Assembly (NCBI RefSeq): GCF_004010195.1 | Contig: NC_057718.1 | Coordinates: 6,049,296 to 6,069,295 of the forward strand | DNA from: Chiloscyllium plagiosum | Taxonomy: Eukaryota | DNA length: 20,000 nt | Direction of reading: 5' to 3' | In this document: positions 1 to 10,748 of the stretch, piece after piece | Layout of the letters: each line of letters opens with the position of its first letter | Numbering within the stretch: position 1 is the stretch's first letter | The notes under the pieces: generated by a model | Databases searched by the model: none | The model's input: only the letters and a program-made list of their open reading frames with translations | What the model was told of the DNA's origin: nothing | Position numbers and translations under genes: made by a program

Positions 1-659
1 AAGCACTGCACAGGGATACCTCAAGAACAAGTTAATCAATTTGTCAATTCAAGCATCTTACAGGAGAAGTTCAGCCAAATGTATTCACCATCTCTTTAAC
101 AATAGGACCTCAGAGGGGTTTTCTTCCAGGAGAGCACTGAGTTTACCTTAGATGAAGGATGTGTGTGGAATTCTTTGTTGCATGGAAATGAAAAGTTGCC
201 AAAACAACCTCATTGATCTATTTGTGGTCCACATTCCCATATGCAGCTTTCTACATTTTTCTATGATAGAACTATATCTGGAAACGAGTCTGAAATCCTG
301 GAACATTACACTATTTTTCCTATGAGAATGTACTGTACAGCTACAAGCCTTTCTCAATCCAACCAACAAAAATAATTTAACCCACAAGGAACAAGAGTCC
401 TAATGCAAAGCAGCTGTTGAATTCAAAAGTTTATTTTATTACTATTGTTTTTTAATATTTACAGTTTGGGCTATTTTCATATTTCTATATATTTTGACTG
501 GGCAATAAATGCTGGCATCGCTAGTCAGAGCCATTTCCCAAAACTGGATGTTATTAAAAATGAAATCATAGTATGAAAGACATGCTGGGGGATGAGCAAG
601 CTGCATTACCTAAGTTGACTCCTGTCAAAGGCTGCCAATCATACCCACCTAAAAGTCTG

Positions 660-1208
660 AAGACCTTAAGAGATAGGAGGAGACCATTTGACCCCTCAAA
701 TCTGCTTCACCATTCAATAGAATCATGGCTGATCCGATATTCCTCATGTCCACATTCCTGCTGATTCCCCGTAACCCTTGATTCCCCGACTGATCAAGTA
801 TCCCTCGATCTTAGTCTTAAATGTACACAAGGACTCTGCGTTCACAGCGCTCTATGGCAAGGAGTTCCAAAGAATCACAACTCTCGGAGAGAATAAATTC
901 TTCCTCATCTCAGTCTTAAATTGAGACTATTTTGAGACTATGCCCTCTGGCCATAGACTCTCCCATGAGGGGAAACAGCCTCTCAGCATTTACTGTCAAA
1001 CCCCTTAAAAATCTGATACATTCCAATCAGATCACCTCCCATTCTTCTAAACTCCAGTGAACACAGTCCTAATCTGCTTAATCTTTGCTCTCTGGACAGT
1101 CTCTCCATATCCACGGATCATCCAAACGAACTTTCTCTCAACTGCCTCCAATGAAACAAAATTTTTTTCTGAGGTAAGGGGACCTAAGCTGCTCAATGCA
1201 GTGGTCTT
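660..1208 (-). mobile_element. CR1-type LINE 3' fragment (degraded)
   Basis: Resembles the reverse complement of a CR1 3' end (gaccatttgacccctc...ccattcaatagaatcatggctgatc), continuing into ORF2 C-terminal-like sequence. Similar to the copies at 5514 and 13372. Confidence 0.7.
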
Positions 1209-1711
1209 AAAGGCGAACTAATGTCTCAGAGCCTGTTTCATGAAGTACAGTTGGAGGACCTGCTGAAAGGTGTCTCTCCCTAATACATATCCTGGAGCTG
1301 GTATGTCCAGTGGGGTCAGTACTTACCTTGGAAGCTAAATCTTGATTGTACCTCCAGTTGGCACAATGGAAGAGGATGAAACTCCACCCTACCACGCTGT
1401 GCAATATCATTTCTATTGATGCTTCCCACAGGCTCATGATTTCACCTTGATTGCCCTTTCCCTATTATTTGTCCATTGCTTCTTATTCCCTGCCTCCCTA
1501 GACTTGACAATAGCCATTAATGTAAATTTCTTTCAGACTGTCTGACACGTTTCAAGGTTTTGTACTCCGTTCCAACACTCCTTCGACCCCTTAAATTTCT
1601 TCAGTGCACAATTTTCCATTCACTGGTAGACTTCCTAACTTCATCCAACTTTTCACTCATGAGCTGGCTTTAGAAAATTTTGCACAAGCAACAAATTTCC
1701 ATTGATCTAAA

Positions 1712-1971
1712 AATAAAACCAAAAGATGTGGATGCTGAAGATCTGAAATGAAAGCAGAAACCGCTGGAGAAGCTCAGCAGGTCCAGCAGCATCTGTGGAG
1801 TGGAAGCAGAGTTAATATTTAAGTCCAGTGACTTTTCCTCAGAACTTATGGCAGCTAGGAAAGTTATGAGTTCTGAAAAAGGGGTCACTGGGCTCGACAC
1901 GTTGATTCTGCTTTCTCTTCATAGATCCTGCCAGACCTGCTGATTTTCTCCAGCAGTTTCTGCTTTTGTTT
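1712..1971. mobile_element. Penelope-like 3'-end insertion with inverted duplication (family B, old copy)
   Basis: Imperfect inverted arms at ~1751-1846 and ~1869-1967 with a 22-nt spacer. Homologous to 8776-9248. Both arms carry decayed hammerhead cores. Confidence 0.8.
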
Positions 1972-3122
1972 GAAACTTCTATTTGTGTCCGCTGACAAGA
2001 CAGTCAATTGGGTTAAATTATACAGACAATTAAAAATCTAGACTAAGGCCTGTCAGGGTAAACTGAAGTCATAAGGAAAGACTTCATTGATATACATTAG
2101 ATCAGGATTTGTTAGAAATAAGACTAGTCACATAACAATGTTAGTGTAAAGACTATAACATTGAGGTCACATCTGAGTTTAATTTATTGGTAAGTCAGGA
2201 ACCAGCTCAAATCACTGAATATACACAGCTTGAAACAGTCAGCAGTGAGAATCATAAGGACTTTGAAACTACCATGTTCAATATTAGTGTCTGAATATTT
2301 AATGGGGGTTGATCTGAAGTTCCCCACATAGGGAATTTTAAAAGAAAGTTAACATCTCCTTTAAAATAGCAGGGAGTGAAAAGTTATGTGGATGTGTTAA
2401 ATATTTGCACACTCCACACTGTTTCTCAAATCTAAAGTTATTTTTAAATGCCATCAACTGATTGATATGCACATTGAGGACCTAAATCAGCCCTCAATGA
2501 TTAATATTGGGAAGGAGAAAATATGAGGTTCAGTTACTCTAGTGGAAAAGAAAATATTTTGTTGCTCAACCACTGGGCATGGCTGCATTAAGGATAGCTG
2601 TCCAGTGAAATTGACTTGATTGATTGCAGAGAATTGGAGGAAAAGTGCCAATGCAACAATGCAGGGATACAAACTGATGCCATTTGGGCAAAACTGAGAA
2701 GAAATTTGGAGTTTTCATCCACGCATTTCATATGAAAAAATAGGAAGTGGTGTAATGCTTGCAAATTGCCCACACCCAACCCACAGGACCATACACATGG
2801 GTAAAATTATGCATATAGGGAAGGCATCAATGTCCCATGGCTTGACAGATTTGACTTGATTTTGCGTGTGCACTGCAAATTGCTTCATTTTTCAACAACA
2901 GGCTTTCTCTATGCTCATCCTAATTCTCATAGCAACAGAACACAGCTTGCCTTTGAAAAACAATATGGGATTGCACACGTCCTCTTCTGATCTGCTGCCG
3001 CACGGGCTTCAGTCTTATGCAATTGTAAAGGGAATAGCAGACAGCACAGACTCCAGCTGATTCATGTCAAATGCTATATCCCTTCCTTCTGCAAATTTGA
3101 ATTTGTTAAGTTCATCACTTAC

Positions 3123-3194
3123 CACTGATCCCATTTCACCTTTTGGTCCTTGACTCCCTGGTTGACCGGGAGGGCCAGAAACACCAATTGGGCC
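3123..3194 (-). CDS. FACIT collagen exon, 72 bp, GPIGVSGPPGQPGSQGPKGEMGSV
   Basis: Eight Gly-X-Y triplets, acceptor ...atttgttttgtttag, donor gtaagt. The 54/54/54/72 run fits the end of the COL2 domain in collagens XII/XIV/XX. Confidence 0.95.
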
Positions 3195-3244
3195 CTAAAC
3201 AAAACAAATAATTTGTGAGTATTGAGAATCTATAATTAGCATTT

Positions 3245-3350
3245 CATAGAATCATAGAATTTTACAGAACAGAAGGAGGCCATTTGACCCATCATGACTG
3301 TACCGGCTCCTGAAAGAGTTACCCAGCCAGTCTCAGTCCTTGTGGCCCTC
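3245..3350 (-). mobile_element. CR1-type LINE 3' tail fragment
   Basis: (catagaat)2 tail followed by acagaaggaggccatttgacccatc, typical of a CR1/HER1 3' end in reverse orientation. Confidence 0.65.
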
Positions 3351-3670
3351 TAAGTTCTAGTCTCGGAAAGATAGACAGTTACATCAGTCAAAAGTAGTTC
3401 AGCAAGTGTAATTCTCTGATGAGTCAGAGATGGTGAAGATTGAGGTCATTATTAGGAAGAGGAATGTGGAATATCACTATGTCAAAATTAATTTGAAGTT
3501 ACATTTCTAGACAGCAGGGATTGGCAAACAGGATAGTGTGCATTGAACTGAAAAAAAACATCAGCTGAATTCACTGTAGGCACAACACATCATGTTCCTC
3601 TGAAAACTAAATTCAAACCCTCAAATTGCCAAGTTAAATGCTGAACCCCCAGTCCCTGGATTATTTATCT

Positions 3671-3987
3671 AGGTTTCCTCCCACAGTCCAAAGATGTGCA
3701 AGTGGATTGGCCATGCTAAATTGCCCATAGTGTCCAAGGATGTCCAGGTTAGGTGGATTGGCCAAGCTGAATTGCCCATAGTGTCCAAGGATGTGGAGGT
3801 TAGGTGGATTAGCCATGTTAAATTTCCCATAGTGTTCAGGGATGTGTAGGTGAGGTGCATTAATCATGGGAAATGCAAGCTTACGGGACAGGATTGGGGG
3901 GGTAGGTCAGGGTGAGATGACTTGCAGAGGGTCAGCATGGATTCAATGGGCCAATGGCCTTCAGCGACACTGTAGTGATTCTATGAC
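3671..3987 (+). mobile_element. 5'-truncated HE1-like V-SINE with an internal 51-bp tandem expansion
   Basis: V-domain-like ggtttcctcccacagtccaaagatgtgca. 51-bp units start at 3702, 3753, 3804 and 3855 (partial). 3' tail ...cactgtagtgattctatga. Confidence 0.85.
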
Positions 3988-4356
3988 TGTATAATGCCAA
4001 TGCCACAGTGGTAGAGGTGGTTCACAGTGAAGGTGGAACTTCACTCTAAAATCTGTGTATTGATCACAGAGACCTAAACTGCTCCGGTCATTAGATTCAT
4101 CTGTAGCTGGGAGGTTTTCCGAAGATGACAGTAAGCAGGCTTTCCCCTTGTATTGGCTCTCCTCAAAAAGCCACAGAAACTGTCATTCTATTATTTAATG
4201 CACTGCAATCATACAATGAGTGTCTACCTGTGCTTGTATGTTGTTACACAGAGAGATGGCACCAATACCAATTCTGACTCCTGTCTCTCCACTGTAACAA
4301 TGACAGTGGTCCTTGGAATGTTAGCAGGTGACAGATTCCTCACACTCTTTTGGTTC

Positions 4357-4661
4357 ATTAGATTAGATTACTTTACAGTGTGGAAATAGGCCCTTCGGCC
4401 CAACAAGTCCACACCGCCCCGCCGAAGCGCAACCCACCCATACCCCTACATTTACCCCTTACCTAACACTACGGGCAATTTAGCTTGGCCAATTCACCTG
4501 ACCTGCACATCTTTGTGACTGTGGGAGGAAACCGGAGCACCGGGAGGAAACCCGCGCAGATACAGGGAGAACGTGCAAACTCCACACAGTCAGTGGGTGG
4601 GAATTGAACCCGGGTCTCTGGCGCTGTGAGGCAGCAGTGCTAACCACTGTGCCACCCTGCC
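4357..4661 (-). mobile_element. Full-length HE1-like tRNA-derived V-SINE
   Basis: Pol III A box TGGCACAGTGG and B box GGTTCAATTCC on the minus strand, a V-domain, and an (AATCT)n tail. Homologous to 10749-11020. Confidence 0.92.
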
Positions 4662-5513
4662 ATTCATGTTCCTTTTAAACCTAATTACAAGTTCAGTGAT
4701 ATCCTCTTGTCTCTCCTGACTCCCTGTGATGGGGGTGTTCCAACAATGGTGTCATGGATTGAATCTGAGCCATACTTGTTGCATTATCTGTTTAACTTGT
4801 GACATAATGCAGTGGACTGGAGCCAGTATAAAGACTGGTGTAATATAATTTCAGCAATGGTGTGCACGGTGTACACATAAAATAGTAAGCTTCATCTCAA
4901 GAGGATTGGATGGTTATCCTGACAGAGAATGAGATGAGCATTACAAGGTGAAGTAAAGGCAGAGATAACTGAATGCTCTCAATAACGCAATGGGTTCATA
5001 ACGCCCCTCACAGTGGACAGGAAGCTGGCTGCGCGAGCAGCTCAATTGTCCTTTCTGTTGAAGTCAGTGGAAAATAAAACCACGCATATTGTGGGATGGG
5101 TGTCCAATCCAATAATGCTCATCCTACAATCCTGCCTGAGACAAATTCTGATTATTTCTGAGCTTTGTGTTTGCACATACAAATGTAGGCAACTGTCCTC
5201 TTGAACCTGTAGCGAGGCTATCTCTACATTGGAGATACGAGCATCTTCTTTCCAACTTGTATTGGCCTAAATAATCTGATGGCCAGAGAGTCATTGGAGC
5301 AGTGCAGACTGTATTTCCACAATTGGGTCATGTGGATCCCTCACTGGGGAACTGCCCAAGAAACTTGATTTTCTTGTGGGCAACACCCTCAAGACTGGAA
5401 TCTTCCAGAAGATCCCACTGAAGATGAAGAATTAGGAGTATTCCAACTCACTAAAACTTAGTCATTACGCACCTACAGTTAGAGGACTAAAGTCTTCATC
5501 TGGACAGAAGGCC

Positions 5514-5742
5514 AGAAGACACAGGAGCAAAAGTAGGCCATTCAGCCCATCAATTCTGCTCCACCACTCAACAAAATCATTGCTGATCTGATAATCCTCG
5601 ATTCCACTTTTGTGCCTTTTCCCAATCGTCCTAGATTGCCTCACTGATTAAAAGTCTATGTCCCTCAACCTTGAATATACTTAAAGAGCCATGCTCAATA
5701 GAGCTCTATGGTAAAGAATTCTGCAGACTGGCTACTCTGCAA
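5514..5742 (-). mobile_element. CR1-type LINE 3' fragment
   Basis: ggagcaaaagtaggccattcagcccatc...gctgatctgataatcctc, the same family as the copies at 660 and 13372. Confidence 0.7.
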
Positions 5743-6087
5743 GATAACGGCTGGATAACTCTAAAACTGAGCTCCAAACTCATCAGTGACTTACCCAAAT
5801 ATACCCACTGAACAGACCCTCTGTCCTGCCTGAAACTGATTCCACTTCATACGCCTAATTACCCTCGGACTGTCACCACAACCTTCGCCCCTGACTCCGT
5901 TCCACTCCATCACCAGCTTGACCAACCCCTCTCACCCCTGAACTGACATCTCTCCCACTTGATGTCGGAACCGACAGCCATTTCCACTGTCAGACCCCAA
6001 CAGCCCCCCAATCCCAGTCTGACATCCTCCCGAAACAACAAACTTAACTTGACAACCGCACCCCACCTGCACTTCCTGTGACAGTTT

Positions 6088-6556
6088 TGTTTTTCTTTAT
6101 TCATTTGTAGGATGTGGGCTTTGCTGACTGAGTCAGCATATTTTTGCCCATCTCTAGTTGCCCCTTGAGAAGGTGGGGGTGAGCTGCCTTCTTGAATTGC
6201 TGCAGTCCATGTGCTGTGGATTGACCCATAATATCTTTAGGGAGGGAGACCCAGGATTTTGGCCCAGTGACAGTGAAGGAACAGCAACATATTTCCAACT
6301 CAGGGTGGTGAATGGCTTGGAGGGGAGCTTACAGGGGTTGATGGTCCCATGTATCTGCTGCCCTTGTCCTCTTAGATGAAGGTGTTTGTGGGTTTGGAAG
6401 ATACTGTCTGAGGATCTTTGGTGAATTTCTGCAGTGCATCTGTAGATGATACACACTGCTGCTCCTGAGGGTTGGTGTTGGAGGGAATGGATGCTTATGG
6501 ATGTGGTGCCAATCAAGCAGCTGCTTTGTCCTGGATGGAGTCAAGCTTCTTGAGCA
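6088..6556 (-). mobile_element. Non-LTR retrotransposon 3' end (ORF2 C-terminus plus 3' UTR)
   Basis: Frameshifted minus-strand peptide IHSLQHQPSGAAVCIIY resembles a LINE ORF2 C-terminus. Tail ...cccacatcctacaaatgaataaagaaaaa. Homologous to 14728-15140. Confidence 0.75.
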
Positions 6557-6844
6557 AATAAAGTGGCTTTAGTCTATCATCATAACTCCATCCTATTTTC
6601 TCGATGGACTGAGTCAAATAGATGCTGTGAGCTTGAAATGTTCTACTGCAGAGAATGGAAGAGGCAGAGACAAATGTATCTTTCAGAACAAAAGTGTATA
6701 AAATTTAATCAGAAGGTGATATAGGTCCCTGGGACAATGGAACTGGTTTTCAACTGCTCTAATATTAGTTGGTGCTGTTATTATGGACTGAATAGATTCA
6801 TACTATGCTGTAAACTTCTGTTGCTTCATAGATTAAATCAATGA

Positions 6845-6952
6845 GTGAGAGCAAGAGGTCATTAAGACATGGTGACTCTCAGGTTAAACTCACCAATTGA
6901 CTCTCTTTAATAAGAAAGCTATCAGGGACTATGGAGACTTTACCTTTCCTTA
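6845..6952 (+). mobile_element. SINE 3' fragment
   Basis: ggtgactctcaggttaaactcacca...ggactatggagactttacctt, a reverse-complement homolog of 12725-12920. Confidence 0.5.
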
Positions 6953-7137
6953 ATCAGATTTAAGGCAAAGGAAAACCTTTTGTTATTCCATGATTTCTGT
7001 CCTTGATGCTGAGTTACAGTGAAGAACTTGTGCAGTGAAACTTTAAGCTAAAACTGTTTGTATGATGATTATTCATAATTCATAACATTGGTTAAAGACA
7101 TTGAACAGCAGTATTTCTTTCTGAAGGTATGACTTAC

Positions 7138-7191
7138 AGGTGGTCCTCGTGGTCCTGAAGGTCCAATTGGTCCTTGTTTACCTGGAAAACC
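7138..7191 (-). CDS. FACIT collagen exon, 54 bp, GFPGKQGPIGPSGPRGPP
   Basis: Six Gly-X-Y triplets, acceptor ...ttctttcatattacag, donor gtaagt. Resembles recalled COL12A1 GFTGKDGAMGPRGPPGPP. Confidence 0.95.
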
Positions 7192-7367
7192 CTGTAATAT
7201 GAAAGAAATACAGTCTTGAAAAAGATTGGAGTTAATGTATCTTTTGGCATTAAGCATTTATGCCCCCCCCCATAAAAAACTGTCTGGCAGCACAGTCTTG
7301 ACATCAATCAGCTGGAATTGGCAAGTATCATGAATCAGCTACTTGAGGATCTTGTTAAGTGGGACCT

Positions 7368-7708
7368 CTTATTAATTCATTTATTGTGGGACATCAATGA
7401 GGGTGTTGCTGAATGGGCAAGCATGTCAGATGTCAGTTCAGAGTCAGCCACATTGTTCTGAGTCTGGAGTCACATATAGGCCAGACCAGATAAGGATGGC
7501 CATTTCCTTCCTAAAGGGCATTAGTGAGCCAGGAGGGTGTTTTCCACAACAATTGACAATGATCATCATTAGACTCTTAGTTTCAAATTTTTAACTGGAT
7601 TAAAATTTCACCATCTTTCATGGTGGGAGTTGAACTCAGGTCCCCAGAACATTAACTAGATTTCTGCATTAACAATCCAACAATAATACCCAAGGCCAAT
7701 GCCTTCCC
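7368..7708 (-). mobile_element. SacSINE1/DeuSINE-like tRNA-derived SINE
   Basis: Minus-strand head with B box gagttcaactccc, Deu-domain-like ccagactcagaacaatgtggctgactctgaactg, and an aatgaat-type tail. Confidence 0.75.
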
Positions 7709-9025
7709 AGACTCTTCCAACTGCTCCAAATATGGCACATTACATCACAGAGATGGGTTAAACCAAACAAAGAGGAATCCCAAATGGGGAACCTTCCCTG
7801 CACTGGTCTCTTTCAGTGCCAAATGTTCAAATGCCTGACAACCAGTTAGCTAAAGGTCAGAAAGTGCCACCCACTGGGTATTCCAGGCCTGTCAAAGCTG
7901 AAGCAGCAACAAATCATCCTTGACAAAATCAAACAGCAGTGGTCCTGTATGACTGTCAGGGTCACTTTTTCTGCCTCCTTCCCTCATTCAACAAGCAACC
8001 TGAGTAAACCCACCATGGCATTCATGTTTATATACCATCGCTCAGTAATAGAAGGCGTGTCCCTTTGACTCTAGCAGCATCAAGAGCAGAAGTGGCTTCT
8101 GCCAGGAGATTTTGGAAAAAAATTCATGGGATAAATTTCTAGTCAGCCCACAGCAAGAATGAAGTGGATCTGAATAAGTTTTGCAAAATTGATGTTGGAG
8201 ACTCGGTGGCCTGATTTACACACTGCCAGATTTTCATCCTTAGTAGAAATTAGCATGGGGTAGAAAAGAGGTCGCTGATTCACCATCAATCTTTTGCAGC
8301 TCAGCTTAAAAATAATCTGGCATTTATTCAATGACCACTGGGCATCTCAAAGCTCCTTGGAGTCACTAAAGTATTTTTGAAGTGCAATTTAGGAAACAGA
8401 ACAGTAGCTTTGTGCAGGAAATAACATCATGGTAAAGATAATTTGTTTGATCAGAGGAATGCATCTAAGTTTTTTTCTTTTGCAATGCAACAGAATAACT
8501 CTGAATTATTCATTCAGATCCTCAGCTTTATACAGTCTCTCACTCTGTTGTCTAGTTTAGCTGACACTAATCATTCAGTCAGTTAGTGATTAACATGAAG
8601 GTAACACTAGTGAAGAGCTTTTATTTCTTATTGTTAAGCTTAACTCATTTGGTCGTTCCTCCACCTTAAGACAAGTCAGTTCAATCTCCCTCCATGGCTT
8701 AATCCTACCATCTAGCACTGCACTTTGGTAAATGTTCTTGTCCAGATGACTTGTTGAAGTCATCACTTACTTGTTAAAAACCAAAAAAACTGCAGATTCT
8801 GTAAATCACAAAGACAAACAGAAATTGCTGAAAAACCTCAGCAGGTCCAGCAGCATCTGTGGAGAGAAATCAAAGTTAACGTTTCAGGTCCAGTGACCCT
8901 TCCTTAGAACATGGTTCTGAGGAACGGTCACTGGACACGAAAAGTTAATTTTGCTTTCTCTCCATAGAGCTGAAAATGTGTTGCTGGAAAAGCACAGCAG
9001 GTCAGGCAGCATCCAAGGAACAGGA

Positions 9026-9063
9026 GAATCGACGTTTCGGGCATAAGCCCTTCTTCAGGAATG
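9026..9063 (-). ncRNA. Minimal type I hammerhead ribozyme motif (PLE-type)
   Basis: auuc CUGAAGA A GGGC-UUAU-GCCC GAA ACGU C gauu. Intact core, 4-bp stem II, palindromic stem III, predicted GUC cleavage site. Stem I is weak. Confidence 0.75.
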
Positions 9064-9066
9064 AAG

Positions 9067-9100
9067 CCTGAAGAAGGGCTTATGCCCGAAACGTCGATTC
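9067..9100 (+). ncRNA. Minimal hammerhead ribozyme motif (inverted copy)
   Basis: CUGAAGA 9068-9074, stem II 9076-9087, GAAACGUC 9088-9095. The 5' strand of stem I is mostly lost at the inversion junction. Confidence 0.65.
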
Positions 9101-9753
9101 TCCTGTTCCCTGGATGCTGCCTGACCTGCTGCGCTTTTCCAGCAACACATTTTCAGCTCTGATCTCCAGCATCTGCAGCCCTCATTTTCTCCTTTCTCTC
9201 CATAGATGCTACCAGACCTGCTGAGCTTTTCCAACGATTTCTGTTTTTATCACTTACGTGTTGTTCTAGATGTTAAACATTCTGACCTCAATTTTACGAC
9301 TGTAAGCTATTCAGCTCATTGGGTTCCCGTTGGTGTTTTGATTGAAAATGTTAGGCCATTGTATCACTACTGAACAAAGAGTAACTGCCATCCTTCTTGT
9401 ACACATAATGGTACAAAAGTATAAAGCAATTGGTTATTTATCTCTATACCATTTGTGGGAGTGTACTCATCACTGCTTTGTTTATTACACCTTGTATATC
9501 TCACTTCCCTACGTGCCCCCAATTTCATGAAGGCGCCCACTCCTGGTAGATATGATCCATGACTATCCAGCAGTCTTTGGAGCTTTACCTCAGTACCATG
9601 TCTCCACATCTAAGACTTGTCTGTTACAGTGAGCAGACTGCTTGTTCCTGGGGGTAACTCAGCAAAAGTCCCACGTTTAAATACACTGTTCAGAAACTCA
9701 CAACCAGGAGTATGACACTTAGGTTTCCTTCTTTGACATCCAAGACCACTCTG

Positions 9754-9882
9754 AGGAGAAAGTGAGGACTGCAGATGCTGGAGATCAGAGCTGAGGAAGA
9801 AGGGCTCATACCCGAAACGTCGATTCTCCTGTTCTTTGGATGCTGCCTGACCTGCTGAGCTTTTCCAGCAACACATTTTCAG
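9754..9882. mobile_element. Penelope-like 3'-end insertion (family A) with internal inversion
   Basis: Perfect 16-bp TSD atccaagaccactctg at 9738-9753 and 9883-9898. About 41 bp lie in one orientation and the rest is inverted, including gaagaagggctcatacccgaaacgtc. Confidence 0.92.
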
Positions 9883-10640
9883 ATCCAAGACCACTCTGCC
9901 CTGATTACAACTGAAAGCAAATAAAAACCACATCCACAAGGAGAAATTCAAGATCCTTCCGTTCCATATGGCTCAGTTCCATCCTGGCAGGGTGTAATAA
10001 CTCAGAAAACCCCACTGGAAAGGAACATTATTTAGAGTTAAACATCAAAATAGTGTCATACATAGGTTAGTCCCAGTACAGGACAGACCCATCCTTGGGT
10101 CTGATGTCTTGTTTTGCCTTTTCCAGAAGTGTTCTTACACACTACTGAACATTTTATTTCCCGTCACCAAATCACACTGACAATTAATTGGACAGGTGGC
10201 AGAGATGACCCCCCTCCACAGCCTGCTGCCTGGACCTGACATAGGAGGAGCTCCTCCCATCCGCCCACACCCCTTCACACTGGTTGCCCAAAGATCAGGA
10301 GCGTGGGGGCTGAAGTGCAACTAAAAACACAACAAAAGATTTTCTAAATCACCAAAAAATTGGATCTGCTTTATGTTTTTCTCCCCCCCGGGGGGCCTTG
10401 TAAAGCCCTCACATAGGGGACCTTATCATCCGAGATATGTTCCAGGAAAACCTGAAGGTTGCACTCATACTGCAGTAAATAAAAACTTGCAATTTATGTA
10501 AATATACTTCAAAGCGTTTACTGCCCTCTGCTATTAAATATGCCCAGGTACAAGAAGTGGAGGTGCCGGTGTTGGACTGGGGCGTACAAAGTTAAAAGTG
10601 ACACAACACCAGGTTATAGTCCAACAGGTTTATTTGAAAG

Positions 10641-10675
10641 CACTAGCTTTCGGATCGCTGTTCCTTCATCAGGTG
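10641..10675 (-). ncRNA. Minimal type I hammerhead ribozyme motif (family C)
   Basis: cac CUGAUGA A GGA-acagcga-UCC GAA AGCU A gug. 3-bp stem I, 3-bp stem II, palindromic AGCU stem III. Confidence 0.75.
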
Positions 10676-10748
10676 GTTGTGGAGCTGGATCAGAAGACAC
10701 AGAATTTATATTAAATGACTACAATTTCATACAACTGAAACAGGGGGA

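Larger units (their letters stand above)
8969..9191. mobile_element. Nested Penelope-like 3'-end insertion (family A) forming a 94-bp inverted repeat
   Basis: 15-bp TSD ctttctctccataga at 8954-8968 and 9192-9206. Arms 8966-9059 and 9067-9160 are 92/94 complementary with a 7-nt spacer. Confidence 0.93.
8776..9248. mobile_element. Penelope-like 3'-end insertion with inverted duplication (family B), interrupted by a nested family A element
   Basis: TSD atcacttac(t/g)tgtt at 8762-8775 and 9249-9262. Left arm ~8816-8910, spacer atg, right arm 8914-8968 resuming at 9207-9248. Confidence 0.9.

Noticed and set aside
1327..1461. Possible extra minus-strand exon (GKGNQGEIMSL... ending at a good AAG/gtaagt donor)
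   Set aside because: The acceptor is purine-rich with no polypyrimidine tract, there is no sustained Gly-X-Y, and it does not resemble the expected next exon (G..G.KGEKGDRGD...VARQVC).
4590..4661. tRNA-like sequences here and at 10749-10815
   Set aside because: They are SINE heads continuous with a V-domain and tail, not stand-alone tRNA genes.
8966..9160. MITE or DNA-transposon interpretation of the palindromic elements
   Set aside because: The inverted arms are asymmetric with variable breakpoints and the TSDs are long and variable (14-19 bp). This fits retrotransposition with inversion, not terminal inverted repeats.
10384..10395. ccccccgggggg palindrome
   Set aside because: Too short and low-complexity to be meaningful.
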